A stretch of DNA of 37,168 bases from a virus (Duplodnaviria; Caudoviricetes): the IMG/VR virus record IMGVR_UViG_3300035492_000143, positions 1 through 37,168 of that record; one strand, given 5' to 3'. Shown in pieces: positions 8,317 through 16,736 of the stretch. Numbering within the stretch: position 1 is the stretch's first letter; each line of letters starts with the position of its first letter. A model generated the notes under the pieces. The model did not search any database. It worked only from the letters and a program-made list of their open reading frames with translations, and was not told the origin of the DNA. The position numbers and the translations under genes were made by a program.

Positions 8317-8982
8317 CTATTTCAAAAATGACACCCAGTGGCGTTCTGACAGTATCTCTATGGCAATGCCACTGTTGCGTAGCTCCACCGCTTTCTCAAT
8401 TTTCCTACCCCAGGAGCTGTGAATCCAGTCACGACTCCCAACCTCCCCGATTACAAGATAATGAGTTTTTTTGGTCGGGTTTTTAAGGCAAAACCCTCCT
8501 CTTCTGATGATCTCAGCCTCGCAGTCTGAGCGGGTGCCAGAAGCAAACTTTCCGGTCAGAACAAAGTTCTTGGCATCAAAATGTATGATTCCGGGATCAG
8601 TCACAGGCAAGTTTGTTGCTGCTGATGCCGCCTCAAACTCACCGGTATCGAAATCCACACTGGTCTTAATCGCCGGTTCGCCACCAATTACCTTTTTCAA
8701 CAGTTCCAACAGGTCGCGTGCCTCTTCCTGGTCAACCACGCCATCAGCCAGCACATCACATAAACGCTCATAGAGGATGTTGGCGGGCCATACGTTCAGT
8801 AGATCCGGTTGTGCATACAGCCACTGTGCAAGGCTTACAGCCTCGTCCTGAGTCACTTGGTTGTCGAATGCAATACCGCGGCAGATGCCAATCAGCTCAT
8901 TAATGTTGCGAGTTTGATTGGCCGCACGGCGCAGCCTTGTTGTGACCGGTTGGCCATGATCGTCATGAAGGATAGATGACAT
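8317..8982 (-). CDS. BRCT domain-containing protein
   Basis: C-terminal FVLTGKF..GTR...EII.RGG....PTKKTHYLVIG...WGRKIEKA....I.ILSE.HW is a BRCT signature; helical N-domain (GICRGIAFD...DGVVDQEE). Confidence 0.85.
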   Translation of the reverse strand: MSSILHDDHGQPVTTRLRRAANQTRNINELIGICRGIAFDNQVTQDEAVSLAQWLYAQPDLLNVWPANILYERLCDVLADGVVDQEEARDLLELLKKVIGGEPAIKTSVDFDTGEFEAASAATNLPVTDPGIIHFDAKNFVLTGKFASGTRSDCEAEIIRRGGFCLKNPTKKTHYLVIGEVGSRDWIHSSWGRKIEKAVELRNSGIAIEILSERHWVSFLK

Positions 8983-9054
8983 GGTGCGCTCCATTCCTTT
9001 GCTGTCTTGAGTGCGCGACTTCCTACTGCGCAACCACAATTTAACTCACCACAA

Positions 9055-9113
9055 TACAAGTATGCTTGCATTATAAATTAAAGCATGCTTTCATTAGTTC
9101 AAGATTACTTGAA
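9055..9113. promoter_or_regulatory. Left operator triplet (OL) / PL region
   Basis: TACAAGTATGCTTGCA (9055-9070), AAAGCATGCTTT (9080-9091) and TTCAAGATTACTTGAA (9098-9113), matching the OR consensus. Confidence 0.85.
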
Positions 9114-9130
9114 TACAGAAGGCACCCACC

Positions 9131-9589
9131 ATGATCACACGCACCGAACACGGCTACGCCCTCGGCCACTGGGAGGGCATCCCAACCCTGCTGGAGTCAG
9201 GCCGCAAGCTGACACCGGGTGAAGTCCGTGCCGCCGTTTGCCGGGCCAATGGGCTCACTGCAGCAGATGCTGGCCGCGAGCTGCACTGCTCGAAGAACAC
9301 CGTCTACCAGTACTGGAAGAGCATCTACTTCAAGACCGGCTGTGACGATGTGGTGGTGGCCATCAACAAGATGATCGAAGTCGGCGCCCTGCACCGCCTG
9401 CAACTGCTGCTGATCGTGGTGGCCCTGCTCGGTTCTGCAGTGTCCGGCAGTGACGATGTGCTGCGCCCACGTGGCCAGGCACGCATCACGTCCCGCACTG
9501 GCCGCACCCGCCGTGACGAGCTGTGCGAGATCGGCAGCGGCCCGGACGGACTGGTGCCATCAACCACGCATCTGGGGGCGTTGTCATGA
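9131..9589 (+). CDS. LuxR-type HTH domain protein (first gene of the PL operon)
   Basis: LTPGEVRAAVCRANGLTAADAGRELHCSKNTV...IYFKTG followed by a hydrophobic stretch and an Arg-rich tail. Confidence 0.7.
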   Translation: MITRTEHGYALGHWEGIPTLLESGRKLTPGEVRAAVCRANGLTAADAGRELHCSKNTVYQYWKSIYFKTGCDDVVVAINKMIEVGALHRLQLLLIVVALLGSAVSGSDDVLRPRGQARITSRTGRTRRDELCEIGSGPDGLVPSTTHLGALS

Positions 9590-9750
9590 GCACTATCGAA
9601 GCGGTTTTCCAGTTGTATCTGCTGCTGGTGGGTTTGATCAGCGCATTCGTCGCGGGCTGGTGTGTGGCCACGATCTTCTTCTGCCTGCGGGCTTTGTACA
9701 AGCGTGAGCCGGTACGGCCGGTCCTGAAAACAATGATGGAGGAATGGTGA
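9586..9750 (+). CDS. Small membrane protein
   Basis: ATGA-coupled; MSTIEAVFQLYLLLVGLISAFVAGWCVATIFFCL is hydrophobic. Confidence 0.6.
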   Translation: MSTIEAVFQLYLLLVGLISAFVAGWCVATIFFCLRALYKREPVRPVLKTMMEEW

Positions 9751-10052
9751 TGCTGGACAGCACCGAAAATCATGCAGCCATGGCCATTGAGTTTGTGCCC
9801 AACCCGGCCTGCAAGCACCGGCCAGTAACCGATACCCAGCTGCTGCAGCTGGCAATGGACCGGATGAAGGTGATCGCGGATGAGAACCACCGTCTGCGCA
9901 CGGCCATCACGGCAGTGGCTTCGGCCAACGAAAGCGACTTCAACGCAACGCTGGCCGCTGCCATAGACCTGGCAACAGGGCCCTTGCCCTACACGCTGGC
10001 TGACTTCCTGCCGGCCTTTCGACAGATCCATATGAGTAAGGAGGCATCATGA
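9750..10052 (+). CDS. Hypothetical phage protein
   Basis: TGATG coupling; GGAGG upstream. Confidence 0.65.
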   Translation: MLDSTENHAAMAIEFVPNPACKHRPVTDTQLLQLAMDRMKVIADENHRLRTAITAVASANESDFNATLAAAIDLATGPLPYTLADFLPAFRQIHMSKEAS

Positions 10053-10282
10053 CCACGCTGACCCTGTACGCCTATACCTGGGCGGTCGGTGATACCGAAA
10101 CCGTGAGCTATCGAGTATTCCCGATTGAGCCAGACGAAATCCGCTTGGGCATGATCCCGGTAGCCGAGATCGAGGTGGATATTTCCCTGCCTGATCCCGC
10201 AGCGCTGGAAGCCGCCAAGAAGTGTGGTGTCGCACAGTTCCGGGCTGCACAGAAGATCCGTGAACAGGAGAAAGCCGCATGA
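10049..10282 (+). CDS. Hypothetical phage protein
   Basis: GGAGG RBS; ATGA coupling on both sides. Confidence 0.65.
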   Translation: MTTLTLYAYTWAVGDTETVSYRVFPIEPDEIRLGMIPVAEIEVDISLPDPAALEAAKKCGVAQFRAAQKIREQEKAA

Positions 10283-11160
10283 ATGCCCCGGCCAACCCTT
10301 TCGACCTGCAGCTGCAGCCGGACGATACACCCGTGTTCCCCGGTCCCGGCTTCTACACCGGCCTGAGCAATGCCGAGTACCACTCTGGCCCCGGCATCAG
10401 CAAGAGCGGTCTGGATCTGGTGGCGCACTGCCCCTCTTCTCTGCCCTGGTCCAAAGCGGCCCCGGTGGATGAGGTGAAGACCAAAGCGCTGGACTTCGGT
10501 ACCGCCCTGCACTGCCTGCTGCTGGAGCCGCACGAATTCGACAGCCAGTTCATCGTGTCACCGGAGTTCAACCGCCGCACCAATGACGGCAAGGCCGAGT
10601 GGGAAGCGTTCCAGATCGAGAACGACGACAAGATCATCATGACCGCCGATGAATGGCGTCAGCTGCAGATCATGCTGGATAGCGTTCAGGCCCACCCGAC
10701 AGCCCGCTGGATCTTTGAACAGCAGGGCATGAACGAGGCATCCATCTACTGGACCGATGAGCAGACCCGCGAGCTGTGCCGTGTACGCCCCGACCGCATC
10801 CTGATCGATCACCACATCATCGTGGACGTGAAGAAGGTTGACGGCCTGGACCGGTTCGAGAAGCACGTCGAGGAGTTCCGCTACCACGTCCAGCACGCCA
10901 TGTACTGCGAGGGCTACAAGCAGCATTTCGGCGTGGAGCCGCAGTTCCTGTTCCTGGCGGTCAGCTCCAGCGTCAGCGCCGGCCGTTACGCCGTGGATGT
11001 TGTTGATCTCGATCCTGACTGGGTGCGCCGCGGCCATGAGCTTTACCGCGAAGCGCTCGAAACCTATCACCAGTGCCGGGTCAACGATGACTGGGTACAC
11101 ATCCGCCGCCTGGAAAGGCCGGGCTGGGCGGTGCGCAACGATGAACGGAGACTCTCATGA
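10279..11160 (+). CDS. recE: RecE/exonuclease VIII-like PD-(D/E)XK exonuclease (DUF3799)
   Basis: YHSGPGISKSGLD, GTALHCLLLEP, EASIYW, CRVRPD...IVDVK, YHVQHAMY. Confidence 0.9.
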   Translation: MNAPANPFDLQLQPDDTPVFPGPGFYTGLSNAEYHSGPGISKSGLDLVAHCPSSLPWSKAAPVDEVKTKALDFGTALHCLLLEPHEFDSQFIVSPEFNRRTNDGKAEWEAFQIENDDKIIMTADEWRQLQIMLDSVQAHPTARWIFEQQGMNEASIYWTDEQTRELCRVRPDRILIDHHIIVDVKKVDGLDRFEKHVEEFRYHVQHAMYCEGYKQHFGVEPQFLFLAVSSSVSAGRYAVDVVDLDPDWVRRGHELYREALETYHQCRVNDDWVHIRRLERPGWAVRNDERRLS

Positions 11161-12125
11161 ACCAGAACACCATGCAGGCCTACCAGCAGCCACAGGCCAT
11201 TGCTGACTACCAGCCGGACATGCAGGCGCCCTACGCCACGCACACGGCCAATATGTTGATGTCGCCCCAGATCATGGGCCAGATCCAGAAGTTTGCCGAA
11301 GTGATGGCCACCGGCCGTTCCACTGTGCCCAAGCACCTGCAGGGCAGCATGGGCGATTGTATGGCGGTGACCATGCAGGCCGCACAGTGGGGCATGAACC
11401 CCTTCGCTGTGGCGCAGAAAACCCATCTGGTCAACGGCACTCTGGGTTATGAGGCGCAGCTGGTCAATGCGGTAATCAGCTCCTCCCGGGCAATTCAGGG
11501 CCGCTTCAAGTACGAGTACGGCGGTGACTGGCTGAATGAGTCCAAGAAGGATGCCTGGGTGCGTACCGGCGCCGTGTTGGCCGGTGAAACCGATATCACT
11601 TGGGGCGAGCCGGTGTACCTGCACACCATCACCACCAAAAACAGCCCACTGTGGAAGACCAACCCCAAGCAGCAGGCTGCATACCTGGCAGTGAAATACT
11701 GGGCACGCATGTACTGCCCTGATGTGATTCTAGGCGTCTACACCCCGGACGAACTGCACGATCGCACCCCGGTCGAGCGTGAGATCAACCCCGTTGATAC
11801 CGGCACTCAGGCCTCATCACTCAAAAACCGAGTGAAGAAGACCCGCGCGCCGATCGATGCAGAACCGGCACCGGTCCAGCAGCCTACCCCAGAGCCACAG
11901 CAGAGCATGCCCGACTTTGGCGAACAGCAGCCACCGGCCCGAGACTACTCCAGTGCCATACAGACCATGATCGATGGCGTGAAGGAGTGCACCAGCATTG
12001 AAGAGCTCAGCCAATGGGGACAGGACATCAGCGAATTCTCTGATGACCACCCGACTGTCGACTTGATCGAAGTGAAGCGGGCCTACCAGGCCAAGAAAAA
12101 TGCCCTGACTGGAGATCACGCATGA
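11157..12125 (+). CDS. recT: RecT family ssDNA annealing protein
   Basis: QAAQWGMNPFAVAQKTHLVNGTLGYEAQLVNAV...WARMYCPDVILGVYTPDEL; follows recE. Confidence 0.9.
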   Translation: MNQNTMQAYQQPQAIADYQPDMQAPYATHTANMLMSPQIMGQIQKFAEVMATGRSTVPKHLQGSMGDCMAVTMQAAQWGMNPFAVAQKTHLVNGTLGYEAQLVNAVISSSRAIQGRFKYEYGGDWLNESKKDAWVRTGAVLAGETDITWGEPVYLHTITTKNSPLWKTNPKQQAAYLAVKYWARMYCPDVILGVYTPDELHDRTPVEREINPVDTGTQASSLKNRVKKTRAPIDAEPAPVQQPTPEPQQSMPDFGEQQPPARDYSSAIQTMIDGVKECTSIEELSQWGQDISEFSDDHPTVDLIEVKRAYQAKKNALTGDHA

Positions 12126-13192
12126 ACGCACCCGTAACCGAAGCCACCGCCATGATCAGCGTCAGCGCCACCCCTGCTGCCATCGCGTTCAACTTTGAGG
12201 AAACCCGTGCCTGGCTTGAAAGCGAGCTGGAGCAATACGACGTGGTGGTTACCGCCGACACCCTTGCCGACTGCAAGAAGCTGGCCACCGAGCTGAACAA
12301 ACTGGCTGCCGAGATCAGCAAGCGCCGCCGTGAAGCCGTTGCAGAGGTGAGCGCACCCATCAAAGACTTCGAGGGCAAAGCCAAGTCACTGGAACAGATG
12401 TGCAAGGACGGCCGGCAGCGACTGCTGGACCAGGTGCAGGTGTTCGAGGATGAGACCAAGGCCAAAGCCAAAGCAGCACTGGAAGCGGCCCGAGCTGCCA
12501 TGTGGGCTGAACAGGAAATTGCCGATGAGTTCCGCCGCGCTCAGATCGATGACCTGGTGAAACTCAGCACCCTGACCAAGACCGGCAAGCTGTCGGCGAC
12601 TGCAAAGCAGGAACTGCTGATCCGTGTGAACGCTGACCTCAAGCTGCAGCAGCAGACCCAGATCCGTCTGCACCTGCTGGAAAACGACAGCTACCGCGCC
12701 GGACTGGCAGCACCGCTGACCCGGGCACACGTTGAAACCTTCCTGTTTGCCTCTGATGAAGAGTACGGCCAGCGCCTGCAGACCATGATCGCCTCCGAGC
12801 TGGAGCGCCAGAAAGTCGCCGAGGAGCGCAGCCGCAAGCGGTTCGAGGAAGAGCAGCGCCGTGCCGAAGCTGAACGCGCCCTGCGTGCAGATCATCAGCG
12901 GGTATATGCCGAAGATCAGCAGGCACAGCAGGCACCTGCACCAGAGCCCGAGCCGATCCCCGAGCCACTGCCAGAAGCAGCCACGGCCGCACCGGTGCAG
13001 CAGGCACAGAAGCATGCCTACGGCCCACTGGATGATCCCCGCGCTGCAGCCATCGCTGAATGCACTCAGGCCGAAGCCGAAGCACAGGCCATCCAGCTGT
13101 CAGCCAACGCTATGGCCGAGCCGTTCGGCATCTGGACCCCCAACGGACTTATCGCCATCGCCTATGGCGGTGCCATTTTCCGCAAGCAGTAA
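12122..13192 (+). CDS. DUF1351-like coiled-coil phage protein
   Basis: FNFEE...YDVVVT.DTL..CKKLATELNK pattern; recombination-module position. Confidence 0.7.
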   Translation: MNAPVTEATAMISVSATPAAIAFNFEETRAWLESELEQYDVVVTADTLADCKKLATELNKLAAEISKRRREAVAEVSAPIKDFEGKAKSLEQMCKDGRQRLLDQVQVFEDETKAKAKAALEAARAAMWAEQEIADEFRRAQIDDLVKLSTLTKTGKLSATAKQELLIRVNADLKLQQQTQIRLHLLENDSYRAGLAAPLTRAHVETFLFASDEEYGQRLQTMIASELERQKVAEERSRKRFEEEQRRAEAERALRADHQRVYAEDQQAQQAPAPEPEPIPEPLPEAATAAPVQQAQKHAYGPLDDPRAAAIAECTQAEAEAQAIQLSANAMAEPFGIWTPNGLIAIAYGGAIFRKQ

Positions 13193-13217
13193 TCATCAAC
13201 AAGACAGGAACGACCTC

Positions 13218-13856
13218 ATGAACTCTGCAGCCATGATCGATTTTGAAGAAACCGTATTCAGCACTTCAGCCCACACCATGCACACCGACCTGATGGGCGT
13301 GGTGATCAACACCTGCAAGGCCCTGCCGAACGTCTGGCAGAAAATGAACGAGGAGCAGCAACAGGACTTCATCGACTCCATTGATCGTCAAATCAAGGAG
13401 CTGGTGACCAGCTGCGTGAAAACCATCGCTGCGGATGACCGTCCGTTCGTGATGGCCAAAGTTGACCAGGTGGTATTCAAGGGCGGCATCGAAGCCAAGC
13501 TGAAGATTGAGCGTGACGCTCACCAGGAAGGCGCACCCAGTGGTGCACATGAGTTGGCCGATAACACCGGTGAAATGGTGATGATCATCCTGCCGGGGCT
13601 GGGGTGCTATGAGGCATCAGAAAGCGACAAGCCAACCGCTCAGGAAGACCAGCCGGACCTGCTCGATTCTGCCTCCGATGATCTTTACGACGAAGCCGTG
13701 GCCTTTGCTACCGAAAACGGAACCATCTCTATCTCTGCCCTGCAGCGTGAACTGAAGGTTGGTTACAACCGTGCTGCTCGCTTGGTCGAGATCATGGAGC
13801 ATACCGGTGTGGTAGGCCCTCTACAAAACAACGGACGCCGGGAAGTACTGGGCTGA
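13218..13856 (+). CDS. Protein with C-terminal FtsK gamma (winged-helix) domain
   Basis: DDLYDEAVAF...SISALQRELKVGYNRAARLVEIME..GVVG is the FtsK-gamma signature; no ATPase motor; start re-assigned to ATG 13218 (CAGGA RBS). Confidence 0.85.
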   Translation: MNSAAMIDFEETVFSTSAHTMHTDLMGVVINTCKALPNVWQKMNEEQQQDFIDSIDRQIKELVTSCVKTIAADDRPFVMAKVDQVVFKGGIEAKLKIERDAHQEGAPSGAHELADNTGEMVMIILPGLGCYEASESDKPTAQEDQPDLLDSASDDLYDEAVAFATENGTISISALQRELKVGYNRAARLVEIMEHTGVVGPLQNNGRREVLG

Positions 13857-13926
13857 TGCCCTGCCCAACCTGCATTGACGGCATCTGCAGCAGCAGGTGC
13901 CTCACTCAGCAACAAGGAGAAATGAC

Positions 13927-14130
13927 ATGGCAGACGAAGCCGATATCGCCAACGACTACGCCGAGCAGCAGCTCAAGCATTCGCTGCAGAACCTGCAGGC
14001 CAACACCACACCGCGCCCGATCCCGGACGGCTGCTGCCACTGGTGCGCCGATGAACTTGATGGCGCTCGACTGTTCTGCGGCCCCGAGTGCGCGCAGCGG
14101 TATGAGCACAACATGAGGATGCGGGGATGA
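13927..14130 (+). CDS. Small C4 zinc-finger protein (TraR/DksA-like N-terminus)
   Basis: MADEADIAND...CHWC...LFCGPEC; AAGGAG RBS. Confidence 0.7.
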   Translation: MADEADIANDYAEQQLKHSLQNLQANTTPRPIPDGCCHWCADELDGARLFCGPECAQRYEHNMRMRG

Positions 14131-14690
14131 GTGACCTGATTACAGAGCTGCACGCACTGGCACAGCGCATGGCAGCAGCCGGAGAAACAGACGAGCCGAC
14201 TACTGTGGCGCTGGCAGCTGAGGAAATTGAGCGGCTGCAGCAGCAAAACGACTACCTGAGCGCACTGGCAAGCGGCCAGCCGCTGTACGGGCTGGAAGAA
14301 AAGATCGCTGAGTTGATGGCGCGAAATAAGGCGTTGAAGGGAGAAGTGGAGCGGTTGCGGGAAGAGCGTGATCAAGCACTGGCGAGCCAAGAGGCTGCGA
14401 TCAACCAAACCCGCGAACGGATGGCCCTGAGGGCGGGTAACCGGGAAACCATCAAGCAGCTGGCCCTGGACTGCGGTTTTAAATTGAAAACCCAGTCGGA
14501 CGGCGCGGATGACTTGAATCCTTACGTTTACGATTTTGCGGATGCGCTGCTCGAACAGGCCGAGGAGAACATCCTGAACTGCATCTTTTACGCACCCAGC
14601 TCACCCGTTTCAGCGGGAGCAGCAGCGGCCATTCAGGACTGGTGGCCAAAATTCAAAGCAGGGCAGCAAGCCAAGGAGGTGCAGTCGTGA
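14127..14690 (+). CDS. Hypothetical coiled-coil phage protein
   Basis: ATGA-coupled; GFKLK.Q.DG.DDLNPYVYDFA segment. Confidence 0.65.
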   Translation: MSDLITELHALAQRMAAAGETDEPTTVALAAEEIERLQQQNDYLSALASGQPLYGLEEKIAELMARNKALKGEVERLREERDQALASQEAAINQTRERMALRAGNRETIKQLALDCGFKLKTQSDGADDLNPYVYDFADALLEQAEENILNCIFYAPSSPVSAGAAAAIQDWWPKFKAGQQAKEVQS

Positions 14691-14887
14691 ACCACCCAGC
14701 CCCCTGCCCAAACTGCCGCAGCACAGAGCTGATCGTCATCCGACCACTGGAGACCACGAACAGCGTCTGGTGTCGCGCGTGCGGCATGTTTGGCCCCGAC
14801 TGCAATACAAGAGAAGAGGCGGTAGAGCGATGGAACAGATTAAGCAGCCTGGCACAGGCAGCAACCAGTGCAGAGTCAGAGCTGTGA
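14687..14887 (+). CDS. Lar family restriction alleviation protein
   Basis: PCPNC...VWCRACG..GP...TREEAVERWNR; GTG start with AAGGAGG RBS. Confidence 0.75.
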   Translation: MNHPAPCPNCRSTELIVIRPLETTNSVWCRACGMFGPDCNTREEAVERWNRLSSLAQAATSAESEL

Positions 14888-14971
14888 GCGTGAAGATACA
14901 GCCCCAGCACTGGGACTGGCGGCGTGCTTGCAGAGAGATAAACGGACACGGTAAGCGGAGGAAACGTTAAC

Positions 14972-15184
14972 ATGCAATTACAGAAGTGGAGGACCGTTAA
15001 TCGGCGGTACTTTGCTCCCAGCTCCAGACCCTCTCAAGCAGAGTGGCGCGAGATGATCCGCAGAGGAGTTGTTAACGGTCGGATCATGGGAGAGCAAACC
15101 TATATCGATGAAGACCAGATCGCCGCATATACCGAGTTACCTTCGAGCGGCCCTGGTGATTGTGTACCAGACTTACTGGGTTAA
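14972..15184 (+). CDS. Probable excisionase
   Basis: Small basic protein with GGAGG RBS immediately upstream of the integrase; wing-like NGRIMGEQTYID. Confidence 0.6.
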   Translation: MQLQKWRTVNRRYFAPSSRPSQAEWREMIRRGVVNGRIMGEQTYIDEDQIAAYTELPSSGPGDCVPDLLG

Positions 15185-15211
15185 ACCTGATCATGGGAGA
15201 GGATTCGCCTG

Positions 15212-16402
15212 ATGGCTCGTCCAAAAAAAAACCGCGCATTCAACGGAGTGAAATTGGAAGACAACCTCTACCCCGACAACCGGGGTAGAGAGGGGCATTG
15301 GCGATACAAGCGTCCGGACGGCACGTTCCGGCACTTCACAGCCGAATCAGTGGATGCTGCCAATTACATTGCGCGACACAACAATGAACGCCGTGACAGC
15401 TACGTGCCAGCAAAACCAAAGGCAGGGCAGTTTGGCACACTTGCGCACTATGTTGATGACTTTATCAGCTACCGAGAAAGACAGTCTCCAGACTTGAAGA
15501 CAAAGCGCAGCTGGCGAAACCGCTGCTACTCACTGCGACAGTTCACGCGGACCATTACCAAGCAGGTTGCACTGCTGGACAGGTCAGACGTAGATAACTG
15601 GTGGGATACCCTCTCGCATCATCAACAGAAGGCCCGGCATGCTGAGTTCCGCAAGTTCTTCAACTACCTGATGGGGCGCGGGCTGCTGCCAAAAATGGAC
15701 TACAACCCGTTTACCACAGCCGATGATCGACCGCGCCTGTACACCCGGAGCCAGCCATCCCGAAAAGCAAAGCGACTGACGCGTGATGGATTCTGGGCGA
15801 TCTACAGCAGCGCCGGTGAGCTGGGGTATGAGTGCCTGCAGATCGCCATGGGTATCAGCCTGCTGACATTCATGCGCGAGGGCGATATCTGCGACCTGCG
15901 ACTGGATGAGGATGTCGAAGATAATTTGATGAAGCGGGTGATCGGTAAGTCTGAGAACCAGAAAGGAAGTGCCAAGGCCTCCCGACTCAAATGGGATCTG
16001 GGCAACTACCGATTGCTGCGCAAACTGATCCAGCGTGCCCGAGAGCTATCCCTTCAAAACAGGCGCTGTCCTTTCGTGATCAGCCACTGGCCGAAACAAC
16101 GCAGGCTGGGTAAGACTAAGACACACCTCGCCCAGGTCACACCACGCCGGTTGATCGCTATGTTCGATGAGTCCCGCAAGCATGCCGGATTCACTGGCGA
16201 TGACGCACCGGGCTTCCACCACGTCCGATCGCTGGCCGATAAGTTGGCCGCAGACGCTGGATACAACATCAAAGTGATTCAGCACGCGATGGCGCACTCT
16301 TCAGAAGAGATGACACGGTTATATCAAGAGGGTCACGAACTGCCCTATGAGCCTGTAGAGATCATGTTTACAGAGCAACAGATTGGCGGTGACTTCGGGT
16401 AA
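15212..16402 (+). CDS. int: Tyrosine recombinase / phage integrase
   Basis: Lambda-like arm-binding N-terminus (NLYP...WRYKRP); catalytic MREGD, K, HHVR, AH and Y (MTRLYQ). Confidence 0.93.
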   Translation: MARPKKNRAFNGVKLEDNLYPDNRGREGHWRYKRPDGTFRHFTAESVDAANYIARHNNERRDSYVPAKPKAGQFGTLAHYVDDFISYRERQSPDLKTKRSWRNRCYSLRQFTRTITKQVALLDRSDVDNWWDTLSHHQQKARHAEFRKFFNYLMGRGLLPKMDYNPFTTADDRPRLYTRSQPSRKAKRLTRDGFWAIYSSAGELGYECLQIAMGISLLTFMREGDICDLRLDEDVEDNLMKRVIGKSENQKGSAKASRLKWDLGNYRLLRKLIQRARELSLQNRRCPFVISHWPKQRRLGKTKTHLAQVTPRRLIAMFDESRKHAGFTGDDAPGFHHVRSLADKLAADAGYNIKVIQHAMAHSSEEMTRLYQEGHELPYEPVEIMFTEQQIGGDFG

Positions 16403-16413
16403 ATCTGGATGGG

Positions 16414-16489
16414 TGGTGGAGCCTAGCGGGATCGAACCGCTGACCTCGACACTGCCAGTGTCGCGCTCTCCCAGCTGAGCTAAGGCCCC
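16414..16489 (-). tRNA. tRNA-Ala(GGC), complete
   Basis: GGGGCCTTAGCTCAGCTGGGAGAGCGCGACA-CTGGCAG-TGTCGAGGTCAGCGGTTCGATCCCGCTAGGCTCCACCA; 76 nt, G3:U70, encoded CCA. Confidence 0.97.
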
Positions 16490-16515
16490 ACAGCAAGAAA
16501 ATTCCTGCAAGAGAA

Positions 16516-16591
16516 TGGCATCCCGTAGGGGGTTCGAACCCCTGTTACCGCCGTGAAAGGGCGGTGTCCTAGACCACTAGACGAACGGGAC
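16516..16591 (-). tRNA. tRNA-Glu(TTC), complete
   Basis: GTCCCGTTCGTCTAGTGGTCTAGGACACCGCC-CTTTCAC-GGCGGTAACAGGGGTTCGAACCCCCTACGGGATGCCA; 76 nt, encoded CCA. Confidence 0.97.
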
Positions 16592-16620
16592 GTAATCTCA
16601 CAAATCCGGGCAATATCAGC

Positions 16621-16654
16621 GTTTTTGTCCGCTGTTTTTGTCCCGTTTTTGTCC
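16621..16654. repeat. Triple GTTTTTGTCC direct repeat; probable integrase arm-type sites
   Basis: Exact copies at 16621, 16634 and 16645; inverted copy GGACAAAAA at 16742-16750 on the other side of the tRNA fragment. Confidence 0.7.
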
Positions 16655-16688
16655 GGTTAGTCAGTGCTAACCTTGTGTCATGTGATTT

Positions 16689-16736
16689 TGGTGGAGCCTA
16701 GCGGGATCGAACCGCTGACCTCAACACTGCCAGTGT
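16689..16736 (-). other. att core: 3' half of tRNA-Ala(GGC)
   Basis: 48-nt copy of the tRNA-Ala 3' portion from the anticodon arm to CCA, with one mismatch to the full copy; identity stops abruptly just 5' of the anticodon loop. Confidence 0.88.

Noticed and set aside
8317-8982. NAD-dependent DNA ligase
   Set aside because: Only a BRCT domain is present; there is no adenylation (KxDG) or OB domain.
12861-13217. N-terminal extension of the 331-aa ORF as a true FtsK
   Set aside because: It overlaps the DUF1351-like gene out of frame, has no ATPase motifs, and a good RBS and ATG exist at 13218.
16414-16736. tRNA cluster as a host-chromosome boundary (attL/attR) between two different prophages
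   Set aside because: Both sides form one non-redundant phage gene set that closes into a circle, and no host genes are present. A tandem or assembly artefact cannot be fully excluded.
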